A stretch of 64,000 nucleotides of DNA. Origin: Verrucomicrobiota bacterium (GTDB lineage Bacteria > Chlamydiota > Chlamydiia > Chlamydiales > JAEYWL01). The stretch covers positions 2,769 to 66,768 of the forward strand of contig JAEYWL010000111.1 in NCBI GenBank assembly GCA_023428915.1. The letters run 5' to 3'. The position numbers and the translations under genes were made by a program. The notes beneath the pieces were generated by a model. The model saw only the letters and a program-made list of their open reading frames with translations, had not been told where the DNA came from and did not search any database. Shown here one piece after another: positions 19,368 to 29,730 of this stretch; positions within the stretch are counted from its first letter, which is position 1; each line of letters starts with the position of its first letter.

Positions 19368-20345
19368 CTAGGCCTTGCTGTCAATCTTAAATTTAGCCTG
19401 ATATTTTTTGCAGGGCTTGGGTGTTTTTTCAGTAGGAAGAAATTTTGGCTGATAAACAGTTATTTTAGATCTTCCTCTTCCTTTTGCTGCAGGCGGATTT
19501 GTTCCAACTAGCGGCTTTACTGCTTGAGCAGGCGACTCAACCGTTGCGGGTTGAGGCAGTGCCATACGGCATAAAAACACTGGAATTAACGGAACAAATG
19601 CATAACCCGGCGGAGGAGCTGGCATTTGTAGTTGAGGCGTTGAGGTCGCTGTTTGAGACAACACATGAAGGGGCAGGGCAGGCATGCTGTTTTGATTGCT
19701 GATTGCCGGGGGCGGCGCCACATTTACAGATGCAGAGGGCGTTGTAGACTTTTCATGGTATTCAGAAGGCACATTGGCTGGCATAGATGCTATTGCTCTA
19801 AACTTAGAAGAAGCAAGTTGAGTTGTTAAGGATGCTGTTCGAGGTCTTCCCTTTTTCTTTTTTATTTCTGCAGTTGATTGAACGCTTGCTTTAGGTTTTT
19901 TCTCAATAAGTTTTTTTGGAGCGGGCCTAAGATTTGAAGCAGATGCTTTTACTGTTTTACTGATAGGCTGTTTACTTGCTGGAGTAATTGGCAGTGTTTT
20001 GACTATTGCAGTTTTCCTATGGCTTATTTTTTTTGGAGTAGAGGGCACTGCAGATGTTAAATTATGGATAGGCAAGTTTTTATTGATAAGAGGAGATAAG
20101 GGCCAGGCATTATTTGAAAAAGCTTTTTGCTCCACTTCAAAGCCAGGTATTGCGCGTTGCAGCGTTATGGAGGCTGTAGCAATCTGTTCGATTTTGCCAA
20201 CATTTCCTATGAGATCAGATTCGCTTAAGTTAGGGGTTGTTAAAAGATTAAGTGCTTCTTTATCTGTGAGCTCTGTCTCTTTTAATCCTAGATAAACAGA
20301 TTTATATAAATCTTCAATATTTAGTTTGCTATTAAAATTAACCAT
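19368..20345 (-). CDS. hypothetical Pro/Ser/Thr/Lys-rich disordered protein with AT-hook-like motifs
   Basis: 325 aa of low-complexity sequence. It contains KKKKGRPRTAS (GRP core) and AAKGRGRSK. There is an AT-rich upstream region at 20346-20470. Confidence 0.6.
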   Translation of the reverse strand: MVNFNSKLNIEDLYKSVYLGLKETELTDKEALNLLTTPNLSESDLIGNVGKIEQIATASITLQRAIPGFEVEQKAFSNNAWPLSPLINKNLPIHNLTSAVPSTPKKISHRKTAIVKTLPITPASKQPISKTVKASASNLRPAPKKLIEKKPKASVQSTAEIKKKKGRPRTASLTTQLASSKFRAIASMPANVPSEYHEKSTTPSASVNVAPPPAISNQNSMPALPLHVLSQTATSTPQLQMPAPPPGYAFVPLIPVFLCRMALPQPATVESPAQAVKPLVGTNPPAAKGRGRSKITVYQPKFLPTEKTPKPCKKYQAKFKIDSKA

Positions 20346-20541
20346 GTAAAAACCTTTATAATTTAAACAGCTATTTTATATTATTTGTAAATAATAGTAA
20401 ATTTAAATGCTTAATTAATTTATTGTTTGTATGTTTTTTTAGTTAATGATGAGTTGCGGCAAATAAAGGCAATGAGTTGAAAAATATTTGCATATTTTGC
20501 GATCAAAAATAAGCGCACCTCTTTTCAAGGTGCGCGAGCCG

Positions 20542-20709
20542 TTAAAACCCAAGTTGCGCCCCTAAATCACGCTTGAACAGGCCTGCACTTGCCAATTGAA
20601 ACGCTAAGCCCCTCGGCCAAGTCACGGCTTGGCTCTTCGGGACTTATCCTTTCACTTGTCAAGTTTGGCAATGTTCAAGCGTAATTTAGGGGCGCAACTT
20701 GGGTTTAAA
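20542..20709. repeat. palindromic repeat, family A variant (TTAAAACCCAAGTTGCGCCCCTAAAT termini)
   Basis: ttaaaacccaagttgcgcccctaaatcacgcttgaac...gttcaagcgtaatttaggggcgcaacttgggtttaaaa is an imperfect palindrome of about 168 bp. It lies between the stop of the 1138-aa ORF and the promoter region of the 325-aa ORF. Confidence 0.8.
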
Positions 20710-20757
20710 AATAAAGAGCCATGCCATTTTTTCACGGCTTCGAAATATTGTCGATGA

Positions 20758-23700
20758 TTATGAGATTACACAATCTCCAGCAGCTTGTTGGGCTTTATGG
20801 ATTCCTAATAATTTCTTAACTAATTTAGGGGATGTTGCCATCTCAAATACTTGTTTGCCCAGGTCTTGTTCTGCAGGTGCATCCAGCATCTCCAAGTCAC
20901 CGTTAGCTACAGCCTTTTGAAGGGGATTAAGGTCTGTTGATTTCTGCACAATACGGCAGTATATTTCAGCAGTTTTTTGCATTGTCTCTGGAAGTATGCT
21001 TTCAAGGTTGTCGCCATGGATTTTAGCAAGGGCGTCTTGCAGCTCTGCAATGGCACCTTGTACAGCCTCTTGTGCATATTCTTTATCCTTCAAATCTGTG
21101 AACTCTTTTTCTAGTTCTTCTGAATCCCTGGCAGCTTCAGAAGATGGCGGTAATCTGCCAAACAGGAAATCATGGCCGCCGACAGCGAATATGCTTTCTA
21201 AATTATCTCTTAAAGGCAGATCTGCACTTGCCAAGGCATGTAAAAGTCCATGCAAACAAAGGTGTTTAAATTTCGTATAAGTTTCTTTCTGCTCAGGTCT
21301 GGCAAGGGAATGTTTTTCAGCTGATTTTTCCAAGAACTCCAAGAGATAGCCGATGACCCATTCAGCGGGTTTGTTGTGTTCCTCTCTTAGCTGCATGACT
21401 TTTGGCAGCCTTTGCAAAAATAGAGCATTCCAAATATCCCGATATACCATTTTTTCTTTGTCAGATATATTGAAGGCATCCATGAGTTCATTAAGCGTTT
21501 CTTTGAGCTGTTCTTTTCTTTTTACGATTAGAGTCGTGTTATCTTCTGAAGATAATCTAGTTGCGGCAGAGCTTGCTTGATTTGTAAAAGAAGTAGGCAA
21601 ATCCCCTTTAAGAAATTCCTCCAGGGTTGATTTATATAGCTCCTTTGCTAAATCTTCTATGTGTGGTTTGGCATTGCGTAGTTTTAGTTGCGCTACGTCT
21701 AAGCAGCTTTGACTAAATTTATTGAAGTTTTGCAAGTTTAATTCACCAAAAAACAAATTTCTGTGGGTTGCATTATGGTACTCTTCAGCCATTAGTAAAC
21801 TTTCAGGGTCGTTATACAATTTCGCAACTGTTTGGATGAGCAAACCCATTAAATCCAAGCTAGCGGCAATTTGTTTAGGATCTGCAAGGCTATCAGGCAC
21901 TCTTGCCGCTGTGCTTTCTTGAATTAGATGAGGGATAATCTCGTGGCAGAGTATGGCAATGGCTTCTTTGCACTGTTCTTTACTTATAAGTGCGGAAGGT
22001 AAATTGGTTCGTGTTCTTACTGCAAACAGCATCTCGGCAATTTGGGTAAGCTCTTCTTCGCTAAGCCGGTAATTACTGTCTATAGCGACTTTCCCAATAT
22101 CTTCAAAAAGTAATTTTAGGCTTGGAAATAAAAGGGGAGTGTTGACTTCTTGCTGCAAGAGTTTGATGCTATTTTTTATAAATTTTACGTGTTTTGGATT
22201 TTCCGATGACAAATGAAGCAGAAAACTTTCTAACTCTTTAAAAATGTTGCCTAAAAACTCCGGAGAATCTTCAACTGCATTTCTTGCTTGATCTATTTGG
22301 GCGAACATTTGGGCAAGGGTATTGCTGGCGTAATAGACAAGAAAAGGTATGCTTAAAAATAGATTAGGATTAATAAGCATAGATTTGTGATCTTTAAAAT
22401 CATTATACGCGGCTTCTAAGCGTGCTTGATCGGCTGCAGGGATTTGATCCAGTTTAACGGGAGACACAAAAGGTTTGTGATTAGAAGCGATAAGAACCGG
22501 CAATATTTCCTGTTGTAAAAACTTGTCTAAACCGGGCGCCTTTACTTTAAAGGCAAGTCGGCAACATAAGGCCAAATTAGTTAAGGCTCTAGCAAAATTT
22601 ACCAAAGATGGCGCTGTTAGTTCTGGTATATCGTTTAGAGCGACTTGGAGTAAAGTTGGTTGGTTGGCTTGAATTCGGTTAAGTTCGTAGGCATTGAATT
22701 GATGAAGATCTTCTAAACATATATCAATAAAGGCAGCTATGCTGTCACTTGGAAGCATTGTGCCTTCGAGGATTAAGCCAGCAAATTGTTGGGATAAAGT
22801 ATGCAAAGTCCTTAATTTTTCAGGATTTGCTTGAAGCTGTTGCACTGCATGAGCCATGTGGCTTGTGAGTACCCAATGGGATAAATCGATACCTTTTTCT
22901 TCTAAGAAAGAAGAAATAGCCGTAGTTAACTCCTGAAAATCTTTTTCGTGAGTTACCCAGGCTTGGAGAAATATTGGTGAAGTCTGTGCGAAAATTTTTA
23001 AATTAGTTTGAGGTTCTGCGGGCCAAGCAATTACTCGTATCTCATTTCTTAGAGCCTCCACAAAAGGCTGCTCTCCAACTTTTCGTTCCAGTGCATCCAA
23101 CATAATTATAGCAAGCTTAGGAAGATGCGGCCAAATGGCAGCAGAAGTCTCTTGATCAATTAAATGGGAGATAAAGTTTAAAGAGTTAATGCAAGAATCA
23201 AAGCTAAATTGATCTGGATGATTTATAAGATTTATAATAGATTGTATCGAATAGTTTTGATTACTTGCTATGGCCGCTTGTTCATTCCTTTTTACTGTGA
23301 GCAATTTTTCGCAAAGTGGAGCGAGTTCTTCGGCTAGTTGTTGGATTGTAACTTCATCATTTAGAATTTCAGCAATAAACTTGAACTTATTTTTTTCTGG
23401 CTCTGTAGTGGTTTCGACTCCTTGCATATGCACACAAGCTTGCCCGCCAATTCGCAATAGCTTTTGTAAATTTTCAGGAGATATTTTTAGCTCTCTATTT
23501 GCTTGATAATCCAATAGCAATTGAAGCAAGGGTAATCCAATTTCTGCCGCACTCTTACAAATAGCATCATTGGAAAGAGCGTTTGCTGCAAGATTCAAGT
23601 ATTGCGTTATACTCGAAGAAAATTCTTCATTATTATTAGCAAAATATTGGCACACAGGCTGGGCAATGACTGCGAGTTTTTGCATAGTTTCCTGCGAAAT

Positions 23701-24174
23701 CTCAAGCGGCAGGCCCATTCGATAGCGGCAATAATTTTCTACAAGTGTTGGAGTAATGTCTTCTAATGCCTTTTTCCGTGCAGGATTTTCATTGATAACT
23801 GCGAAGAGATTCGCGACATGTGAGGGAAGTTTCTCCGGAAAATAATACACAGCTGCTTTTACCAGGAGTTTCAAACCCATATTTTTAGTGAATACACAAG
23901 CTCGTACACAAGTTCGAGCAGTATTACTCGTCAGCTCTGGTAAATTTGTCATTATGGCAGGCAACTCAGCGGCAAGTAATAGGCTTGAAGTGATATTTCC
24001 TTGAGTACTGCATAAGAATTGCAAGAGAGCAATGTTTTTAATTGCCGCAGGAAGCGGGCTGGTGTTAAAGAATGTGTGTATAGTAGAAACGCCTTGAACG
24101 ACTGCATTGGTTGTGCGGTTCATTTGTTGCCAAATTGCATTGCCTATTCCTTGGGATTGACCTGTCTGTTCCAT
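20758..24174 (-). CDS. large orphan protein, paralog 1 of a tandem triplet
   Basis: 1138-aa uninterrupted ORF. It is homologous along its length to the ORFs at 24410-27181 and 27560-29656. Examples are LVENYCRYRMGLPLE and LKLLFEDIGKVAIDSNYRLSEEELTQI. I recognise no known domain. Confidence 0.75.
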   Translation of the reverse strand: MEQTGQSQGIGNAIWQQMNRTTNAVVQGVSTIHTFFNTSPLPAAIKNIALLQFLCSTQGNITSSLLLAAELPAIMTNLPELTSNTARTCVRACVFTKNMGLKLLVKAAVYYFPEKLPSHVANLFAVINENPARKKALEDITPTLVENYCRYRMGLPLEISQETMQKLAVIAQPVCQYFANNNEEFSSSITQYLNLAANALSNDAICKSAAEIGLPLLQLLLDYQANRELKISPENLQKLLRIGGQACVHMQGVETTTEPEKNKFKFIAEILNDEVTIQQLAEELAPLCEKLLTVKRNEQAAIASNQNYSIQSIINLINHPDQFSFDSCINSLNFISHLIDQETSAAIWPHLPKLAIIMLDALERKVGEQPFVEALRNEIRVIAWPAEPQTNLKIFAQTSPIFLQAWVTHEKDFQELTTAISSFLEEKGIDLSHWVLTSHMAHAVQQLQANPEKLRTLHTLSQQFAGLILEGTMLPSDSIAAFIDICLEDLHQFNAYELNRIQANQPTLLQVALNDIPELTAPSLVNFARALTNLALCCRLAFKVKAPGLDKFLQQEILPVLIASNHKPFVSPVKLDQIPAADQARLEAAYNDFKDHKSMLINPNLFLSIPFLVYYASNTLAQMFAQIDQARNAVEDSPEFLGNIFKELESFLLHLSSENPKHVKFIKNSIKLLQQEVNTPLLFPSLKLLFEDIGKVAIDSNYRLSEEELTQIAEMLFAVRTRTNLPSALISKEQCKEAIAILCHEIIPHLIQESTAARVPDSLADPKQIAASLDLMGLLIQTVAKLYNDPESLLMAEEYHNATHRNLFFGELNLQNFNKFSQSCLDVAQLKLRNAKPHIEDLAKELYKSTLEEFLKGDLPTSFTNQASSAATRLSSEDNTTLIVKRKEQLKETLNELMDAFNISDKEKMVYRDIWNALFLQRLPKVMQLREEHNKPAEWVIGYLLEFLEKSAEKHSLARPEQKETYTKFKHLCLHGLLHALASADLPLRDNLESIFAVGGHDFLFGRLPPSSEAARDSEELEKEFTDLKDKEYAQEAVQGAIAELQDALAKIHGDNLESILPETMQKTAEIYCRIVQKSTDLNPLQKAVANGDLEMLDAPAEQDLGKQVFEMATSPKLVKKLLGIHKAQQAAGDCVIS

Positions 24175-24355
24175 AGTACCTCTATTATTACAAATATGAA
24201 ATAATATTTATTATGCGTATTGATTTGATAGTAATTTTTAAGTATTAAGATATTAAATATAGTTTGTTTAGATTAGATAAAGGAGTTGAATTTTTAGAAA
24301 GCTATTTTATTTAAAATTAGCTTTAAGCGTATTTGGGGTTTGTTTTAAAAAGAAG

Positions 24356-24385
24356 TTTACTAGCTGCATATATGCAGCTAGTAAA
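24356..24385 (-). terminator. perfect 30-nt palindrome downstream of paralog 2 (putative terminator)
   Basis: tttactagctgcatatatgcagctagtaaa lies 25 bp beyond the stop of the ORF at 24410-27181. It is followed on the minus strand by the AT-rich upstream region of paralog 1. Confidence 0.55.
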
Positions 24386-24409
24386 TAAGGGCAGCTAGCC
24401 AAGCGTGTT

Positions 24410-27181
24410 TCACGCCTGCAATTGGTGCTGCCTCTGCAACCGTTGCAGCAGGCTGGTTTGATTTTCTTCATTTGCAAGATACTCATCTACCTTTTGAGCA
24501 AATGTTGAAGGGTTTATTAGAGCCAAATCTTTATCGAGCACTGCAGCTTGCAGCGGGTTTAAAGGAGACTGGATTATGATGCGTTTATAAGTTTCGATTA
24601 TCTTTTGTTTTGTTTCAGGGGAAGGGTTGCTGAATTCATCTTCTAAATTAGCTTCGGGGGACTTGCTATTGACAAATTCCCTTAAGAGTTCTTTTAGAAT
24701 GCTATCCAGTATTTTCTCCATTCTTGGTTTTGTTTGGGCAATCCTTATCTTGGCAATTTTTACACAATTACCTATAAACTCTTCTAAGCTCTCACTATTT
24801 AGCTCATCAAAGCTTAGGTTGGCTTGTGTCTCGCTATAACATTCCTCAAATGCAATATAGCCCTTTACATCCCCGCGTAATTTTGAAAATACCTGCCCGG
24901 CAAATCCTATTAGATGAAGGGCAGCTCTTATTTGTTCCCGATCGGTTATTTGCAAGGCGGCTTTTCCTTTAACAGCTTCATTAATATGATGAGGAATGAC
25001 TTGATGGCAGAAAACAGCCACATCTTGCTTGAACTGCTCTTCGGTAATCAATAAGTCTGGTAACCCCAGCCTTCTTCTAGTACCTAAAAAGGCATTAACA
25101 ATTTGATTGAGTTCTTCATCACTAAAGCGGAATGCATTATCAAGCGCAATTTTACCAATTCCCTCTAAAAGAACTTTTAGGCCGGGGAGCAAAAGCGGTT
25201 CTGAGACTTCTAGCTGCAAGAGCTTAAGGCTGTTTTTAACTAAATTGACAAATCGGGGGGCATGTTTTTTATCAGCTGGTAGCAAAGCAGTTTCAATATT
25301 CTTGAAGATGTTGTTTAAGGACGCCATGGCAGCGCCTTCCATATCATTTCTTGCCTGGGCGAGCATATCTATAATTTGCGTAAAAGCGGAGCTCCCATAA
25401 TGCACAAAAAAAGCTGTGCCGGCAAAAATATTTGGGAAAGAAATTCCGGTGTAATCAATAAGCCTGTACCACTCATCAAAGTATTCATCAAAAAAGTTAT
25501 CTCCTTTTTTATTCCATATCTCAGTAAATGATAGTTTGGAAATGGCGGCTAATTCACTTAGTGAATATTTTGAGTCAAACGGCTGATAATTAGCTGCAAG
25601 GAAAAAGGGGGCAATTTGTTGTTCTAGGTATGCTTCCCATTCAGGACTGCTTTCACTAAAAGCTTGTTGAAAGCCAAAGGCACTTTTAGCTAACCAATTA
25701 TTGCTATCTGCTCCAAGATTTGTCACAGCGCCTGCCTGTGCGGCTTCAGCTTCCTGCATAAAAAAGTCATGCATCTCACTAAAGATAGCACTTAGCAAAG
25801 CGGGAATACTTCCGACTGGAGGGAGTGCGCCATTTTGCCTGAATGCTGTAAAATGCTGGAATGAGGTAAGAAGCTTCTCTGCTCTCTGTGGATCTTGGCG
25901 CAGTTTTTTTACCTCTTCTTTCCAAGCTCGCATAATGACATCTTGGGAGAGATTTACTTCCGCTTCATCTAAGTAATTTTCAAGAGCCTCGCAAAATTGA
26001 AAATAATTTTCTTTGCTATTGACCATGACTTGTTGATAAGCAGGGGCATAACGAGCAAACAGATCCAGCCAAGTTTGGAATAAAAAGAGATTTTGAGGTT
26101 CTTGCGGCCAGGAGTTGTTCTTAAAATCATCTCTAAGAGCTTGTACGTATGCCAGAGAGCCCAGCATACGCTCAAGTATGTCAAGGTTTATGTCAAAAAT
26201 TCTCGGTATGTGCGGCCATAGCGCCTTAGAAAGTTTCTCATAGGTTAAAAGTGTGGCTAATGAGCAAGGAAGTCCCTGTCCAAAAATCTTACTTTCAAGA
26301 GATGCGGCTTGAACGCCCTCTCTGATTATCGGAAGGGCACATTCAGTTAGGGCGGCAAGTTCTATGGTTAGCTGTTGCATAGTGCCTTCATTTTCAAGAA
26401 CCTTAGCGCATAATTTAAGCCAATTTTTAGTTCCGGGCTTAATTGTTTCAATATCCTGAGCATGCTGGCAAGCAATTATTCCTGCTTGCAGTATATGCTG
26501 CATAATTACGGGAGAAATTTTCAACGGTTTGTCAGTTTGAAAATCGCAAACAAGCTGGAGCAGCGGCGCGGCTATCTTGCTCAATTCCTCCCTGAGGCTG
26601 TCGCTGGAGAGTAGGTCGGCTATGAGTTGATATTTCTCTTTATCCTCTGGTTTTTTGCATTTTGCAGCAATATGCCGGGCATATGATTGTAAAATCTCCA
26701 AAAATTTGCTTGCTGTTTCCGGCGGCATATCAATGGGCAAACCTAAACGGTAGCGGCCATAATTTTCCACCAGCTTTGGAGAAATTTCAGCGAATAGCTT
26801 GCTTAATGCAGGATTCTGCGCAATAAAATCATGAAGATCTGTCACATAGTGATGGAATCGATTTGGGAAAAAATATAATACAGATTTAAAAGTCAGCTTA
26901 AGAGCCATATTTTTAGTATATACACAGGTCTGAACAGCGCCGGTTGCGAGCTTCTCCACCGGGAGCATAATCGTTTGAATAAAGCTCGAAGCTGCGGTCC
27001 CTTGCGCCGGGCGCAAAGACTGGGCCGCATTTTTAATTGTGCCTAATAAAGGGATAGCGGGAATATATTGCTGCAGGTTAACTACACTTGTACCTAGGCG
27101 TAATGCACCCTGCTGCGCTCCGTGCGCCGCTTGGCTTAAATGCTGCCAAAAAGTTGTTCCTACTCCATGTGAACGTTCCAT
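24410..27181 (-). CDS. large orphan protein, paralog 2 of a tandem triplet
   Basis: 923-aa ORF. Shared blocks with paralog 1 include TCVYTKNMALKL, LVENYGRYRLGLPID, PLLQLVCDFQTDKPLKISP, LWPHIPRI and LKVLLEGIGKIALDNAFRFSDEELNQI. Confidence 0.75.
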   Translation of the reverse strand: MERSHGVGTTFWQHLSQAAHGAQQGALRLGTSVVNLQQYIPAIPLLGTIKNAAQSLRPAQGTAASSFIQTIMLPVEKLATGAVQTCVYTKNMALKLTFKSVLYFFPNRFHHYVTDLHDFIAQNPALSKLFAEISPKLVENYGRYRLGLPIDMPPETASKFLEILQSYARHIAAKCKKPEDKEKYQLIADLLSSDSLREELSKIAAPLLQLVCDFQTDKPLKISPVIMQHILQAGIIACQHAQDIETIKPGTKNWLKLCAKVLENEGTMQQLTIELAALTECALPIIREGVQAASLESKIFGQGLPCSLATLLTYEKLSKALWPHIPRIFDINLDILERMLGSLAYVQALRDDFKNNSWPQEPQNLFLFQTWLDLFARYAPAYQQVMVNSKENYFQFCEALENYLDEAEVNLSQDVIMRAWKEEVKKLRQDPQRAEKLLTSFQHFTAFRQNGALPPVGSIPALLSAIFSEMHDFFMQEAEAAQAGAVTNLGADSNNWLAKSAFGFQQAFSESSPEWEAYLEQQIAPFFLAANYQPFDSKYSLSELAAISKLSFTEIWNKKGDNFFDEYFDEWYRLIDYTGISFPNIFAGTAFFVHYGSSAFTQIIDMLAQARNDMEGAAMASLNNIFKNIETALLPADKKHAPRFVNLVKNSLKLLQLEVSEPLLLPGLKVLLEGIGKIALDNAFRFSDEELNQIVNAFLGTRRRLGLPDLLITEEQFKQDVAVFCHQVIPHHINEAVKGKAALQITDREQIRAALHLIGFAGQVFSKLRGDVKGYIAFEECYSETQANLSFDELNSESLEEFIGNCVKIAKIRIAQTKPRMEKILDSILKELLREFVNSKSPEANLEDEFSNPSPETKQKIIETYKRIIIQSPLNPLQAAVLDKDLALINPSTFAQKVDEYLANEENQTSLLQRLQRQHQLQA

Positions 27182-27215
27182 TCTATACTCCTATTTATAT
27201 TAATATTATGAATTC

Positions 27216-27262
27216 TTAAAGCCCAGCTTGCCGCTTACATGCAGGTAACAAGCCGGATTTAA
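27216..27262. repeat. degenerate mini-hairpin related to repeat family A
   Basis: ttaaagcccagcttgccgcttacatgcaggtaacaagccggatttaa resembles family A termini joined directly. It lies about 35 bp upstream of the paralog 2 start. Confidence 0.4.
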
Positions 27263-27440
27263 TCCACGAAGCGGATTGTAAAGAGCGATTATTTAGATTA
27301 TGCAAAGATGACCGAAGACGGATTGCTGCCAAAATCCCAGTTTATTTTGTCAGCCTTTGGTCTCGATTTGTTTATATGATTTTGTGCCGGGCCTTGCGGC
27401 CCGACCCATACAGACCTTAACCTTAAGGTTTTCGCGGAGT

Positions 27441-27540
27441 TTAAACCCGGCTTGCTACCTTATAATAAGTCATATTCGAAAGTTTTTTCTTTCTAAGAGC
27501 TCGAATCTGACTCTTAGAAGGTAGCAAGCCGGGTTTTAAT
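27441..27540. repeat. palindromic MITE-like repeat, family A (about 100-bp form)
   Basis: ttaaacccggcttgctaccttataataagtcatattcgaaagttttttctttctaagagctcgaatctgactcttagaaggtagcaagccgggttttaat. The same unit occurs at 47181-47360 with an insertion, and at 57250-57344 inverted and degenerate. Confidence 0.85.
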
Positions 27541-27559
27541 TACAGGCAGCTGCGATATT

Positions 27560-29656
27560 TTACAATGCTTCAGCGGCGGATAGCTTGTTTTTAAATTCTT
27601 TGAAAGTAGTGCTTAAGAAAACAAGAAACTGTTGGTGTTTTGGATCTGTAATAGCAGTTTCTTGGTTTCTTAGAACTTTAATTAATTCCCCTAAGGGAAA
27701 GTTGTTGCAGAAAATGTTGACAAACTCGTGATACTGCTCCTCTGTATAGCTTTCAGCTGTAATCTCTAATTTTTTTCTAACTTGTAAAAAAGTGTCTGTG
27801 AATTGCTTAATCTGCATTTCAGTAAAACGGTGTTTAGAATTTAATGCCCTTATCGCTATGCCTTCAAAAAGTAGCTTCAGGCTTGGGAGAATATCGGGGG
27901 TGTGCGTAAATTCTTTAAGAAATTTGCAGCTATTTTTGACTAGCGTATCTGAAGATTTTTCAGATCCTGCTAAACAGGCTTCAAGGAAATCGATGCTTTT
28001 ATCAAGCAGATGCACCTCTTCTTCTACTTGATTTTGCTTGTTTTCAAGAAGAGCAATGGCATCATTGATAGAAGGTTCTGCATAATCCTGTTCTTCTTCT
28101 TTGGAGTTTTGCGAAGATACACTCTTTTGGATGACGGTGCTTAAAAATGTGCAAACCGTGTAAACGGTCATAAGTTCTATTTGTGTTACAGTCATAGGAA
28201 TTATTTCCGCCTGTTCTGACACAAACTCTCTTTGTCTTTCTACATCTGCTTTGTAAGTGCTTTCCCATACTCGAGGAATATGTTTTAACTTAAATTTAAA
28301 ATCAAACCTATAGGTAGACTTATAGGAATTTATTAAATATGTGAACAGGATATTAAAAAAGAGATTGTATTTTTTGGGTATACTTTCCGAAGCTTCTTGC
28401 ATGGCCTGTTTCAATACGATTATAGTGTCACTTGTTGCAGCGTTATCGCGTAAAATATCCAAAGGAAGCTTTTGCAAAACAAACTTTTCAAGAAGTGATA
28501 AAGTAGCTTTTTGGAGAACAGCAAATTCAACGTCTTTTTCCTCAATCCAGTTCGCTTCAATGCTTCCTAAAAGAGCGGCAGACTGCGCTGCTGATTCGGG
28601 GTATTTTTGATAGAGGATCAACTCTACTAAAAAAGCATAAAGAACGTCAGGCAGCTTGGTAATACCTTGCTCATTTAAATAGTTAAACAAGGCATCGGCA
28701 AATGCTGTGAAGGCTTCAGAATCTTTTTGAATGGCTTTGGCAATGATCAAAGAAAAGTGGTTTGGCCATAATAAAGGATCGGTTGGCTCTTTGCATTCTC
28801 TGGCGCTTTCATTTACTTTATCGATGAAGGTTAGAGCGGGGAAGCGCTCTTTAGCCCAATTAAATACCAGGGGCATTAATTCAGGGAGATATTTGGAAAG
28901 AAGTTTGGCGCTTTGCTGCGCGGCTTGGATCTGTCCTATTGTGGGATGGGGTATTTCAAAAGAAAAGCCATTTTCCCTTTTCTGGGCTGCCACATATTCT
29001 TTATAGAGTACAATCAGTTCTCCTAAAAGGGGGCAAATGGCGGGAGTTAATTGCTCCAGGAGTTTTTCTTCAGAATGAATAATTGCAATAAGCTGCCACA
29101 TCCCGCGCTGGGCTGCACTAAGCCCCTGACTTTCTAATTGACGCTGCGCCACTTTATAGAGCAATTGCAGGAATCGTTTAGCAAATTCAGGTTGGACTTC
29201 TAAAGGCATTCCTACTTTGCTGCGGCAATAATAGCTAATGAAAGGTGCATCGAGTTCGCGCAAGAGGTTGAGCTGTTCCTCTTCAGTAAAGGATGAAAAA
29301 AACTGCTGCGCTTGCTCTTCAGATAGATAGTCTGGCAACAGTGTCCGGGCAAACTTTAAGGTAAAGTCATTAGTGCGGTTGCAGGTTTGCGCAACGATGT
29401 GCTTACAGCTGCCGACAATTACAGGCACGGCGCGCAAAACAATAGGAGCAACAGTTCTTTCACATTTTTGGTAGACAGTTTGCACAAATGGAATTTGGGC
29501 TACCCGAATGACTAAAGGGTTTTGTGTGATGGTTCTAAAAGTGATATCTACAATAGTTTTACCTATGCCAAGCGTTTTTGCAGTAGTGTTGTGCCAGAAG
29601 CTGCCTGCCTGTTGCCAACGCGAGACACTTTTTTGTGAATCGTTGCCTGTTTCCAT
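27560..29656 (-). CDS. large orphan protein, paralog 3 of a tandem triplet (the most divergent)
   Basis: The ORF-track version is 726 aa from 29740. I prefer the start at M29 (METGNDSQKS, complement of 29654-29656) by analogy with MEQTGQSQ and MERSHGVG. Shared blocks are ISYYCRSKVGMPLEV and LPSLKLLFEGIAIRALNSKHRFTEMQIKQF. Confidence 0.7.
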   Translation of the reverse strand: METGNDSQKSVSRWQQAGSFWHNTTAKTLGIGKTIVDITFRTITQNPLVIRVAQIPFVQTVYQKCERTVAPIVLRAVPVIVGSCKHIVAQTCNRTNDFTLKFARTLLPDYLSEEQAQQFFSSFTEEEQLNLLRELDAPFISYYCRSKVGMPLEVQPEFAKRFLQLLYKVAQRQLESQGLSAAQRGMWQLIAIIHSEEKLLEQLTPAICPLLGELIVLYKEYVAAQKRENGFSFEIPHPTIGQIQAAQQSAKLLSKYLPELMPLVFNWAKERFPALTFIDKVNESARECKEPTDPLLWPNHFSLIIAKAIQKDSEAFTAFADALFNYLNEQGITKLPDVLYAFLVELILYQKYPESAAQSAALLGSIEANWIEEKDVEFAVLQKATLSLLEKFVLQKLPLDILRDNAATSDTIIVLKQAMQEASESIPKKYNLFFNILFTYLINSYKSTYRFDFKFKLKHIPRVWESTYKADVERQREFVSEQAEIIPMTVTQIELMTVYTVCTFLSTVIQKSVSSQNSKEEEQDYAEPSINDAIALLENKQNQVEEEVHLLDKSIDFLEACLAGSEKSSDTLVKNSCKFLKEFTHTPDILPSLKLLFEGIAIRALNSKHRFTEMQIKQFTDTFLQVRKKLEITAESYTEEQYHEFVNIFCNNFPLGELIKVLRNQETAITDPKHQQFLVFLSTTFKEFKNKLSAAEAL

Positions 29657-29730
29657 GCATTTTCTCCAATTATTATTATGATATTTCCTAAAGATTAGAT
29701 TGCTAAATGCGATAGTACTGAATGGGATGA

